From Phoronis australis (Eukaryota; Animalia; Phoronida): DNA of 64,000 nucleotides. Where the stretch lies: positions 107,401-171,400 of the forward strand of contig NMRA01000001.1 of assembly GCA_002633005.1 (NCBI GenBank), in the 5' to 3' direction. A program made the translations under genes and the position numbers. Shown here piece by piece: positions 34,932-46,075 of this stretch. The notes beneath the pieces were generated by a model. That model did not search any database, was not told the DNA's origin, and worked only from the letters and a program-made list of their open reading frames with translations. How positions within the stretch are numbered: the stretch's first letter is position 1; every line of letters starts with the position of its first letter.

Positions 34932-37268
34932 TTAAGTTTTTATGTTCAATCCATGAGGTTCTATTGTATTCAGTTTGTCTATCCAATATTGTTCTCTTTT
35001 AAGTCTGTGAGGGGTACTGGGGTGTTGGAGTTTTTCTATTATTTGTACAGAAAGATCTTGAATATTATGGTTTTTGGAATTGAAATGATTACCTACAGTA
35101 TCAGAAATGTTTTTATGTATTATGTTAAATCTATGATTACGAAACCGAGTTTGTAGATTATGTTGAGTTTGTCCTACGTATTGGATAGAACATTTTTTAC
35201 AAGTTATAAGGTAAATAATATTGTTGGTGGTGCAATCAGAATAATGTTTTATTTCAAAGTTTTCATTGGTTTGGGAAGACTGGAAAAAAGTGCTATCGTT
35301 GATGAAGTTACACATTTTACACCTAGTTTTGTTACATTGTGTGTTGCCAATAGGTTTGTCAGTTTGGTGTATATTGTCGATATTAGCTTTAACTAAATAA
35401 TTTTTTAGATTTTTACATTTTCTCCAAGAAATTATAGGGGGATGAGGAAATAGGTTTTTCATTTGAGGGGAAATATGCAGTGTAGAAAGATGTTTTTTGA
35501 AGACGTGGCTAATTCCGTTTAAACATGGATTGAACATAGTTATGAAAGGTATTCTATTAGTAGTATTGCCTTTAGTTTTAGTTCTTAAAGATTCATTTCG
35601 AGTAATTGAGCGGACTTTGTCAAACTGTTTGTGTATAAGATGTAAGGGGAAATGACGTTGAATTAGATAGTACTTGAGTTCTTTTAAACGGTTATTAAAG
35701 GAAGTTTCTTCTGAACAAATGCGTCGAATTCTTAGGGCAAGGCTATATGGAAGGCTTTTCTTGCAATGAAAGGGATGACACGAGTGATATGACAGATACT
35801 GGTGTTTGTCAGTTTCTTTACAGAATAAGTCAGTTTCTAGTTTATCATTATTAAGAGTGACAGTTACATCTAAAAATGAGACTTTATTTTGAGAAATGTC
35901 ATGAGTGAACTTTATAGTAGGGTGAAATTTGTTAATATTTTCTAAAAATACATCTAATTTTTGTGGACCATGGGTCCATATCATAAAAATGTCATCAATG
36001 TATCTTAGCCAGAGAAGGGGTTTTTCAGAGCAGGATTTGATGAAGCTGTTTTCAAGATTTCCCATAAAGAGGTTAGCAAAGGTAGGAGCAACCCTAGTTC
36101 CCATGGCTGTGCCTAATATTTGGAGATAGTGATTATTATTAAAGGTAAAATGATTCATGGTAAGTACATGTTCAAGAAGAGAGCGAATAAAAGATGTAGG
36201 TACATTAGGATTATTACGTTGACTAAGAAACTTGGTACAGGCTTCTATGCCTTCATGTTGAGGAATATTAGTGTATAAGCTTTTAACATCAAGAGTTACG
36301 AGAAGGGCATTTTTAGGTAAATCACTGGTGTTTTTAATTATATTAAGAAAATGATTCGTATCTTTAACATATGAAGGAAGGGTGGGGACAAATTGCTGAA
36401 GATGGTAGTCGGCAAACTGAGAAATTTTTTCTGTAGGGCAGTTGTTGCTGGCTATAATTGGGCGCCCAGGATTACCTTCTTTGTGGATTTTTGGAAGGAG
36501 ATAAAAGCGACTAGGTTGAGCATCATTAGGAATGAGGTAGTTTTTGGTGTCTTTGTCAATGTGACCTAAATGGAAAGCATTCAAAATAGTTTTAGTTATA
36601 AGGCTGATATGTTTTGTGTTGGGGTTATTATCTAAAAGTTTGTAGTATGCTGTGTCATTAAGTTGTCGGAGAGCCTCGTCAATATATTTCTGTTTGTCCA
36701 TTATAACAACTGCTGATCCTTTATCAGCTGGTTTAATTATGATTTCTTTGTTTTTAGCGAGATTTGTGAGGGCATCTTTTTCGGACTTAGTAATATTATA
36801 TTTGTAGTTTTGCTTTTTGTAATTCATAACGTCATTAGTAATCGCTTCAATGTAACTTTCGAGGGCATGGTTTTGACTTTTAGGTGGATTCCAATTGCTT
36901 TTTTTTTTCTTGAAGGGATTAATTTCTGAAGGGGAGTTCTGGTTTTCATCTTTGGAAGAATTGGCAAAATATGCTGTCAATCTAAGACGTCTAGCGAAAG
37001 TGTAAATATCAATTAGTAATTCATCTTTGTCAATATTGGTTTTGGTAGGACAGAAGTTTAGTCCTGTAGAAAGTAGGCTAACCTCACTATCAGTTAAGTT
37101 ATGGTTAGATAAATTAACGTTGTTTGTTTCACAGGTTATAGTTTTCCTAGTGATTTGTCTACGGAACCTTCTGTTACGTTTGACTTTTTTATGGTGTCGT
37201 TGGTATTGTCTGCAGGACCGTAGATGACGGTGGTAGGAATAGGTCGAGACGAAGTCGTTGTAGATGTC
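34932..37268 (-). CDS. Penelope-like reverse transcriptase / GIY-YIG endonuclease
   Basis: Motifs IIIKPADKG, LLPKIHK..PGRPII, LDVKSLYTNI, GTAMGTRVAP, RYIDD, FLDV, Zn-linker CNKTRCKMC, IIYLITC..C..QYVGQT..RF..H, EQYWI..GLN. The frame stays open upstream of the tracked ORF (36980) through KRNRRFRR and VNLSNHNLT..LLSTGLNFCP to a stop near 37270. Confidence 0.95.
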   Translation of the reverse strand, partial: DIYNDFVSTYSYHRHLRSCRQYQRHHKKVKRNRRFRRQITRKTITCETNNVNLSNHNLTDSEVSLLSTGLNFCPTKTNIDKDELLIDIYTFARRLRLTAYFANSSKDENQNSPSEINPFKKKKSNWNPPKSQNHALESYIEAITNDVMNYKKQNYKYNITKSEKDALTNLAKNKEIIIKPADKGSAVVIMDKQKYIDEALRQLNDTAYYKLLDNNPNTKHISLITKTILNAFHLGHIDKDTKNYLIPNDAQPSRFYLLPKIHKEGNPGRPIIASNNCPTEKISQFADYHLQQFVPTLPSYVKDTNHFLNIIKNTSDLPKNALLVTLDVKSLYTNIPQHEGIEACTKFLSQRNNPNVPTSFIRSLLEHVLTMNHFTFNNNHYLQILGTAMGTRVAPTFANLFMGNLENSFIKSCSEKPLLWLRYIDDIFMIWTHGPQKLDVFLENINKFHPTIKFTHDISQNKVSFLDVTVTLNNDKLETDLFCKETDKHQYLSYHSCHPFHCKKSLPYSLALRIRRICSEETSFNNRLKELKYYLIQRHFPLHLIHKQFDKVRSITRNESLRTKTKGNTTNRIPFITMFNPCLNGISHVFKKHLSTLHISPQMKNLFPHPPIISWRKCKNLKNYLVKANIDNIHQTDKPIGNTQCNKTRCKMCNFINDSTFFQSSQTNENFEIKHYSDCTTNNIIYLITCKKCSIQYVGQTQHNLQTRFRNHRFNIIHKNISDTVGNHFNSKNHNIQDLSVQIIEKLQHPSTPHRLKREQYWIDKLNTIEPHGLNIKT

Positions 37269-38577
37269 TTAGAGTATTTGTTCTTTCCTTTGTACTTGTG
37301 GTGCCGTACTTTTTTCGAATTAGTGTGGCCGTTCTTGGGTGCGTTGAATTCTGCAATGTTATCTTCACTATGGGATTCCTGAAGAGGCTCGAATCTGTTG
37401 GTGGTAAAGATTACTTCCTCTGATGTAAATGACCTATATTTTGTTGTAGATTTGAGGTAATGTGTGGTGAATGGACATGTCATCAACATTTGAATCAGGG
37501 GAGTAGAAGATATGAATACGATCTATTTGGTTGACATGACAATGTTTAGTGCGTCACATTTACAAACAATTGTTACATTTTGAAAATTGTGGATAATGTT
37601 TTATGAAATAAAGAATAGAGCAGCGTTTAATTGATCAAAATTGTTTCTATGATTCTGGTGATATACAAGTGGTTGGCACGGATTCATGAAACTCATAGGA
37701 CAGATGTCTTTTGACAGCAGGTTTGATACGATTGCAGATATTGTGCAATGTTTAGATGACATCAGAACAACATTACATAAATAGATGCGATGGATGAGAG
37801 TAGATTTACAAATTGAAATTGAAAGATATGAGAAATTACAAACCCAGGAAAAATTTTTAATGTTTGATAAAATTGTGCCCTTCCGCATTTGTTCAAGAGA
37901 AGTATATTGGACTTTTTATTCGTGTTGTGAGGGGCCTTGTAAGTGTGAATAATGGGGGGCGTTTGTGTTATGCCTAAGGGTAAACGTCGAACGTTTTTGC
38001 TTTACTGAAATCCTTTTTGGATCCAGATACATACAAGACTGTCTAATCCTGGAGCCTATCTAGACACATAAGTCCTTAAAATAACTGACCAATATACATT
38101 GTATTCTTAGGTTTATTAATCAGATTAAATAATTAAATAACGTATTTATTTCTTCCAAAAATTGATACAACAACCCACGATTTGGAGACTAGCGGCCACA
38201 AGAACAGACACAACTAAGCATTTTATGAGGCTAACACGCTAACATTTGGGATGTTGCTACCTCAACTCCAAAATAAGCTGAAGCCAGACAGTGACTAACC
38301 TACACGCATCCTAATCGATTCGCAAACTATCTTATTGCCAGGATTTGATTGACGGTTTAACTGACTAATCAGAATGCAGCATTGTCGACACACCTTCGAT
38401 TTCAAGCCACCATTTTAACCGAAAAACAATGCGTTGTCGGTAAAACTAATCGTTTGTATGTAGGGTGTCACGTGACTTTTCTCACAGTGTCGGAGCTTGC
38501 AATAGGTCAATTAATGCACGTGGTTTACATGTACATGTAGATACCGGTTAGGTTATTATCAAAGGGGCGATATACTT

Positions 38578-38915
38578 TTTTGACGCGTGTAATTTCTTTT
38601 ATTCGATTTCTTGCCTTCCAAGGGTTGACAAATCGTGGTGATGATTGAACTATTAATTCGGTGAAGACATTGAAATTATTCAGGTATCATATATTGAGCT
38701 GTTGGGTGATTTTGACCCCCGCTTTTTGGAAGCAAATCAGGAAATGTATATTAATCCTTGAAGTGTAACACATCACACATCATATTTGTCTTCCAATATT
38801 TGTGAGGAATTTATTGAATCAATAATGGAACAAGTTCTTTCCATTATTCTAGAAGAAGTAGAAGAATCAAAAAGTATTATTCCATAGATTTCACTCCAGA
38901 TATTTCGCAATGAAC
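38578..38915 (+). mobile_element. Degraded hAT (Tip100/ZMYM1-like) transposase fragment
   Basis: LTRVISFIRFLAFQGLTNRGDD*, IELLGDFDP, YLSSNICEEFIESIMEQVLSIILEEVEES..YYSI..TPDIS match hAT motifs FLAxxGLAFRG, ELLxxFDP, YLS..I.NELI, YYSI..DxTPDIS. Confidence 0.8.
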
Positions 38916-39581
38916 TGTCTGACAAAGCTTCATACCTGGACGCTGTCGGGAACTACAAGCTCGGATTCGACAAATAAACGAGTCGGATTCAAATTAAGAC
39001 AAATTATGAATCAAGCCGTTTAATAAACCAAAAAGAACCAATGGGCTCATCATTTTGATAGCACTATCAATCAGGAAACTGGTACACGTCTCAATTAAAA
39101 CCAAATCAAAACTGAATTTCCAAATCAGTAGGCATAATTACCCAATTACTCGCCTTACAGAGCAAATTAGAGTAATTAACAGGTAATATCACGCTGCGCC
39201 ATTTTCGCCTGCGTGGTTCGTAGTCCTGCCGTTCAAATGACATTTGTTTGATTAACTTGTATTTTGAAAAGCACATCACTTAATTTACACTGTTCAAACA
39301 TGTAGCATTGTTTGTAATATATTTGAACAGTACTAACTAATGAATTGCATTGAAATACAAAATAATTGGGCAAATTACACTCCAGCTGTGCTAATTGAGG
39401 AACAACTAAACCGATATGCAGAAATACATATTGAAAAAGGTAAAACAGGACACAATAAATGACGAAGTGGAAAATGTTTTTCGATTCAGAGTTGAGGTCC
39501 AAATTATGCATGTTTATCTACTGATCGCACAACTTGACATTTCCACTTCCTTGAAGACTTGCAAAGCGCCTGCACTTGAAT

Positions 39582-40914
39582 ATGGGAGCCTTTTATCTAC
39601 TGTGTTATACTGCTTTACTGCTTCTTAAATATGGATCTGCTATAAGTGCAGTGTTCCAGAAAACCAATGATTATAGAGACAATTGTACTGCCACTGCAAT
39701 ATACCATGGTGTAGTTTTATTGTATTGCACCTCCACTTGTTTGATGGAGCGTGATTCCAATCCCCAATTCTGTGTGGGGTTAAACTATCACGCAGAGGAA
39801 ATGACATGCGAACTCTGCAACGCATGTCCTGCGAAACCGTCACCATCTCCCGGGTGGTCCGTCTGGACAATTTCCGGTCGAGAACAGAATAACTACTTCG
39901 GTAAGTAATTGTGTAACTATACTTTTGCTTATCGACAAGAACGTCAGATAGCCATCAACAGCTTGTTACATGAAACAATCCCATATAGGTACTCAAAGCT
40001 GGATTTTACTTTTTAAAGTTGGATGTTATAGTCTTAAATTGCATCACAGTCAGCTTAGAGCGATAGCTACAAGGGCTTCACGAAGAACTGGTCGTCATTG
40101 CTTGAGAACAGGGTCTTCAAGTTAACGTGTGGTATGCGTCAAACATGATTAGTAAGTGGAGCCTGCAATTTTTCTAAGCCAAGAAACCCGCCCTTCTCAT
40201 CTAAGTTACGATTAATTGGTATGATTTAACATGTGAAGTGGTAAATTTGTATAAATCACGTAACCAAGATTTTGACGGAAAGCGGACGTTTTCATGGTAT
40301 CCGCTTTAATTTTTGTAGGTTCATGCGAAGACTGGAAAAAGATAGGATGTATTGAGGATGGTGAGTATACTCTAGACCCGGATGGACAAGGTGGACTGCC
40401 CAAATTCAAAGTAGAATGTAAAATGAATGGACCGTCAGAAGCATCAAAGACCATTATCCATCACGATCGTGAGGAGAAGACGGACGCAGGTGATTGCGAG
40501 TGCCCCTTGTGCTGCGTTGTTAGTGTAACGTACGTGGCGACCATAGAACAGATCGTACACGTGATCAGAGCATCAACACGGTGTGAGCAATATATTTCTT
40601 ATGACTGCATTGGGTCTTGTTTTGAGTTTGATGGTGAACAATATATTGGTTTTTACTCACGAGAGGGACAGTTGCAAGATTACTGGGGCGGAGCTACATC
40701 GGGAAGCAAAAGTTGCGCATGCGGTATGGACAACACGTGCGATAAGCAAGACGGTAAGTGTAACTGTTTTTCAAATACCTTGCGCTGGTTATCGGATTCT
40801 GGACTTATTACGGATAAAGATACGCTTCCCGTGTCTAAAATGGCATTTGGAGACTTGGGCGGTGACAACGAAAAGGGGAAATACCAACTTGGACCTCTCA
40901 AATGTTTCTCTTAA
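39582..40914 (+). CDS. Secreted PAN/apple-like + Caspr/neurexin-IV-type fibrinogen-like domain protein, copy A (304 aa; exons 39582-39900, 40319-40914)
   Basis: Signal-like N-terminus; PAN-like CxxxC...CxGxNY....CEL; phase-1 intron GTAAGT..TTGTAG. Exon 2 has SCEDW..DG.Y.LDPDG.GG...F.V.C.M, CEQYISYDC, YWGGA..GS..CACG...C...CNC, W.SD.G.I..K..LPV....GD.....G.Y.LGPLKC. Confidence 0.85.
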
Positions 40915-41261
40915 ATTTCTTTGCGTGAAATGGAGGAGAAGGAGACGTACAGTGTAGGCCTATTGTAGTCAGCCGACGGCAAATTTGTATATAAGTCAGG
41001 AATTGCAACAAGTGAGCAAGTATTTATTTTCACAAACGGGCAGATCTTATGTTTCATGTGTGTATTTTCAGCGACGTTGTGAAATTTTGTTACGTGTGCC
41101 AGCAGGAAAGATTGTAGCGGGCACGTGTTTCTCTGGATCTGGAATGCCACCTCGGGCAAATGAAGTGTGCATCCCATTATTGTTGGATATTGCTAGCGCG
41201 AGAGTTTGCAATATGGAATTATGGTGGTTTTCTATTATGCGTTGTGTTCGAGTGTTGTAGN

Positions 41262-42041
41262 CGGACGCAGGTGATTGCGAGTGCCCCTTGTGCTGCGTTG
41301 TTAGTGTAACGTACGTGGCGACCATAGAACAGATCGTACACGTGATCAGAGCATCAACACGGTGTGAGCAATATATTTCTTATGACTGCATTGGGTCTTG
41401 TTTTGAGTTTGATGGTGAACAATATATTGGTTTTTACTCACGAGAGGGACAGTTGCAAGATTACTGGGGCGGAGCTACATCGGGAAGCAAAAGTTGCGCA
41501 TGCGGTATGGACAACACGTGCGATAAGCAAGCCGGTAAGTGCAACTGTTTTTCAAATACCTTGCGCTGGTTATCGGATTCTGGACTTATTACGGATAAAG
41601 ATACGCTTCCCGTGTCTAAAATGGCATTTGGAGACTTGGGCGGTGACGACGAAAAGGGGAAATACCAACTCGGACCTCTCAAATGTTTCTCTTAAATTTC
41701 TTTGCATGAAGTGGAGGAGAAGGAGACGTACACTGTCGGCCTATTGTAGTCAGCCGACGGCAAATTTGTATATCAGTCAGGAATTGCAACAAGTGAGCAA
41801 GTATTTATTTTCACAAACGGGCAGATCTTATGTTTCATGTGTGTATTTTCAGCGACGTTGTGAAATTTTGTTACGTGTGCCGGCAGGAAAGATTGTAGCG
41901 GGCACGTGTTTCTCTGGATCTGGAATGCCACCTCGGGCAAATGAAGTGTGCATCCCATTATTGTTGGATATTGCTAGCGCGAGAGTTTGCAATATGGAAT
42001 TATGGTCGTTTTCTATTATGCGTTGTGTTCGAGTGTTTTAG
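41262..42041 (+). other. Near-identical duplicate of 40481-41260 after a single N (probable uncollapsed allele); includes partial exon 2
   Basis: About a dozen substitutions in ~780 bp; starts mid-exon immediately after the N at 41261. Confidence 0.75.
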
Positions 42042-43478
42042 TTTTGAAGCCTAATTTTATTGCTTCATTTTCAATTTGTCATACTTTTTCATCAGCGAGA
42101 ACCTTAGGAGGCCCTATTCCAGACAACCTAGCCGAATGTCGTGAATAGTCTCAGACATTGGCCTCTGATTTTTCAGCTGGCTTCAGTCTTAGAACTTTCG
42201 ACAACCTACATGTATTAAATTAAAAGCTAGGAGTTCTTCAACAAGACATTTTTAGTGTCAAAATCATTACACTGTATAATACGGAAAGAAGTGACATTTG
42301 GTTTTTGGGTGTTTGTTGTGGAATTGTAAATGATAAACTAGGCCCTACTTACAAAATTTTAAAGTAGCTTTCGTGTATTAACTTGAGTGGCTAAGTGGGA
42401 GTGTGTGTATTTTTATGCTTCTATGATATTTCATTCGTGGAATATTTACTTGTTTTCGAGATGCTTTTTGCTAATGCGATTTTTCAGCTGCAGTCATTCA
42501 GTGTTTTCTGTAATAATTACCACTACCTGTGAAATAAAATTTAAGAAATAAAAAGTTTACACTGTAACAGAATCCAGTTGAGTACTTTGTATTACTGACG
42601 ACATACATTTTACTTGCCAATTGTCCAAATCTCGGCCCACTGGCCCCATTTGAATTTTTCCCGTCACTATCCCGCCACACCATCAAAATATCCTGCATTT
42701 TCAGACGTAGCATATTATTCTGTGTTAGCATAATTTCCCACCCGACATGGTACGATTTTCTTGTTCGACAAAGACGAGAAAAACGAGACGCCTTGAGTTT
42801 TCGGGGCACCATCTATGTCTTACTCAACTTCAAAAAAACCTGCCTGGCGCTTTAGGGTGGTACGCCTCCGGTTCAATAAAACATATTCTTGCTACGAAAA
42901 TCCCCCCTTTCGTTTTGGGATTTACTGTAGACCGAGTTATTCCGCTTTTCAATTTCATTTTCCCTCGACAGCTGTAACAAGTATTAGGGGAACTAATATA
43001 CCTGTCTATACTGCAGAAGATGACGTTGTTGTCACTGTTGGGACAGCCCGTTAGTACATGTATAAGCTATCTTCCAAAAGGTAGCGCTGTAAGACAGTGT
43101 GGTCGTAGGCCTACTCAAGTCACGTCTTAAAACCTATGATGCACTCTTTATGCAAGTAGGGAGAAAAGTGACTCGCAGCCTCCCGAAAGAATTGGTCAAC
43201 TTTCATTTGGTGCAGAGAATAAATGAGGTGGGTGAATAAATAAAAGCAATCTAGTCTGTTGGCTTTACGCTCTGAATTCATGACAGCACTGGGCTTCCGG
43301 TAGTTGGTTCCTGACAGGTTATCTACCATTAGCTAATAAAGCAGGGAAGCAAGTGGTTATCATCCCTTTTTACATATATACATGGGTGTATGAGATGTAT
43401 GTGTTAACAAGATGTGGAGATCAGTCAGTATTAGGAACGCAAAAAACTACAGCCCCAGCAACTGTGCCGGACTCTAAT

Positions 43479-43744
43479 CATGCGTGCACCCAGCCTTCAA
43501 TATGGGGGGCTCGAATTCCTGGCGGTGTGGTCCTTTTACTAACAAAATACAAAATAGTCGGTTGACTAAAAAAGAGTACCACGACCGAAGCCGTTAGTGC
43601 TGTGAAATGTGCGTTTGCATGTTTTTAGTGGACATTTACCTCGTTTTCTCGGATTTTTGTTTCTCTGAGGCGGACCTTTTTGCCCACTTTGCCAAATGGG
43701 AGGGGTTCGTTCGAGCCCCCCGAGCCCCCATGGGTGCGCCCATG
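43479..43744. mobile_element. hAT-like MITE
   Basis: CATGCGTGCACCCA ... TGGGTGCGCCCATG inverted termini; a related truncated copy lies at ~53085-53228. Confidence 0.55.
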
Positions 43745-44379
43745 TTAATCATATGCCAACACTGAATTTAGCAGTGACCTTTTCAGTATACTTCTTGAAT
43801 TTTTAGACTAAAAAATACATCCATAGCATATACAAAATATTTATCCTTATACAATGTATAGGCTACATTTGAAAATTTGTTTTCGACCGAGTAATTTTGT
43901 GCATGAACTTTTCGTTATGTTACCTGATTGGAAGGTAAACAAATCCTCATGTTCTTTCAAGACTTGTTTCTGAAAATTCATTGTGGCCTATCAGCGGTCA
44001 TGTGTCATCAACTGTCACTTTCCAATGATGCCGTCCAGACCGGCGTCAGATGTTACCATTCGCTTTGTGACCAATCAGACTCTTTAAAATCAAAATTCCT
44101 GACCACAAAACAATAACACGATGCCAAAACATGAAAGCATGGTAGAGTTCAGTCATTCTGACGTCATTGTGACGTTTTGGATCCAGCAGTGTGACGCCAT
44201 GTCCATCCGTCAAGTACTGTAGTTCCGTGTCCAAATTGCGTCATCCAGGCCTACTCTCTTGACACGTCATCACTAAACATCCAAACTGAATGTTTTCGTA
44301 TGACTTCACCAATTAGCCAGGTCATCCGCCATATGTTTAAGGACAAGCATCTCGGTATATTTGTGTTGACATGCGTGAG

Positions 44380-44500
44380 GCAGGTTGACTCAGTGGTTTG
44401 CATGAACTCCAGACTTCTGTTTTGGAAATCTGGGTTCGAATCCTGGCTTCACTAACAGATAATCTGAGCTCTGTCATGACAAGTGAATTAGAAACTGGAT
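44380..44500 (+). mobile_element. tRNA-derived SINE head
   Basis: A box TGACTCAGTGG and B box GGTTCGAATCC at tRNA-like spacing, without a proper cloverleaf. Confidence 0.55.
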
Positions 44501-45444
44501 ATACGAACGTGAATAACGTTGATATTAAAAACGAAAAACCAAGGCAGAACTTTGTATGTCTATAAAGCTTAATTTTGTACCATAGTTGGCTGCGAGAACA
44601 GGCCTGGGTGATATAGATTCTACGAGGTTCTACCCTCTTTCAAAAACCTTTTGAATATTATGCGTAAAAGATCGAAAAGCAGTCTTGGAATAAGGCAGTC
44701 GAACCATTTTTTTTCGTTTTTAGCAAATTCTGCTGTATCATGGGAATGATGATGCAAAACCACACAACAAGAATAAAAAATATCAAAAACTGAGTGAAGC
44801 AGTATAAAGTTATTGGAACTTTAGTGACGAAATTTGGGACTTTCTTTGCATCGGGTTGGCCATTTAGGAAGACGGAGGCATAAACTACGATTTTAAAATT
44901 GTTTATCAACATTTTCACCAACACATTTTGCAGCGAAATTTAATGAAATATATTTTTACCGACTACTTTATGCGATTCAACCGTTTTCACCAGAATTCAA
45001 TCTTGCAGATGATTCTAATTTAGTGATAAGCGGGAACACAATGTCCGCGCAGACAACTTTGCTGACCTGAAAGACCTGTTCAACGGGCTCGGTGAAGATT
45101 TTACTATGACAAATTTTTGATAAACTTACACACTGTAGCTATAAATTGCAACATTGTATAACTGTCAGGTGTTTTGTGCTAAAGTATCATGACCGTGAAG
45201 TGGTCATCCGACTGAAAATCCACAGATCTCAAAAGCTTCAAACTTTGGACCCTAGACATCTTAAGAGCATGTTCGCGAATGGACCAGGTAGAGGGTGATA
45301 AACGTTATGTCACAGATTCTCTTTATATTTTGTCTGTGAGATGACACTGGCCCCACTGACTCCAGACCACCTTTATTTTTTTCAAAACGCCCCCTTTTGG
45401 TTTCCATGGATACTATTTGTTTCCGACAAGTTTTCAGCCTNCAA

Positions 45445-46075
45445 TGGGAGTCATCTATTTGCGAATGAACATGTGTTGCATCGGAGCGAATTGCGCGAGT
45501 AACCAGGTACAGACAGTTGTATATTGGTTATTTATACGTTACTAACACAAGGTGATTATATAGATTTCATGTTGAAACAATATAAAACGAGAGCAACGAG
45601 GAGCGATAAAATGCGCCCTCGATAGCACCGCAAACGGTGCGATTCTAAGGGTATTTTAGTATCCTAAAACTGACCCCTGATTAGATGGCGCAGAATGCTT
45701 CAAACCCATCCACATTAGAAGGTGGCGTCGTTTCTGTAATACACAACTTTTTGCCAATTTCATGAAAATAAACCAAGGAAAGAAAAAAGGCACTAGGGGG
45801 CACAGCTATAGTCCGATTGATTTGAACCCTATTGTCATCTGTTGTTATCTCTATTGGGGACCATCTGCCAAATTCCCAACGATCCGTTACAGACGTAGAT
45901 CCAAAAAAGCAAAATTGCTCATCAGGGGCACCAGAATTGTCGAAAAACGCTAAAAAATCAAGATCAGACAGAGTCTTTGCATGCCATCAGGACCACAGCC
46001 GACAATTTTCATAATCGTCTAAACACACGCAAAATTTTTAAATGGCCACCAGGTGGCACAGACCTGTCCGAAAAT
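45445..46075 (+). repeat. Diverged repeat shared with ~52930-53765
   Basis: Colinear blocks GAGTCATCT.TTTGC.AATG, GCGCGAGTAACC, GCACAGCTAT.GTCCGATTGATT, AAAAATCAAGATCAG, CCACCAGGTGGCACA occur in both. Confidence 0.7.

Larger units (their letters stand above)
34655..37980 (-). mobile_element. Penelope-like retroelement, Neptune type (near intact; boundaries approximate)
   Basis: Long RT + GIY-YIG ORF, AT-rich 3' region with a variant hammerhead, and strand-biased composition extending to ~37980. No pseudo-LTR duplicate was found. Confidence 0.85.

Noticed and set aside
34932-36980. Naiad-type selenoprotein PLE, telomerase, or bacterial retron/group II intron RT
   Set aside because: GIY-YIG is C-terminal, there is no in-frame UGA, and the motifs are typical of Neptune/Penelope elements.
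41288-41695. Independent fifth paralog
   Set aside because: Begins mid-exon at a single N and is ~98.5% identical to copy A; more likely an uncollapsed haplotype.
44380-44455. tRNA gene (also 59420-59500)
   Set aside because: A and B boxes are present but acceptor and anticodon stems do not pair; treated as SINE heads.
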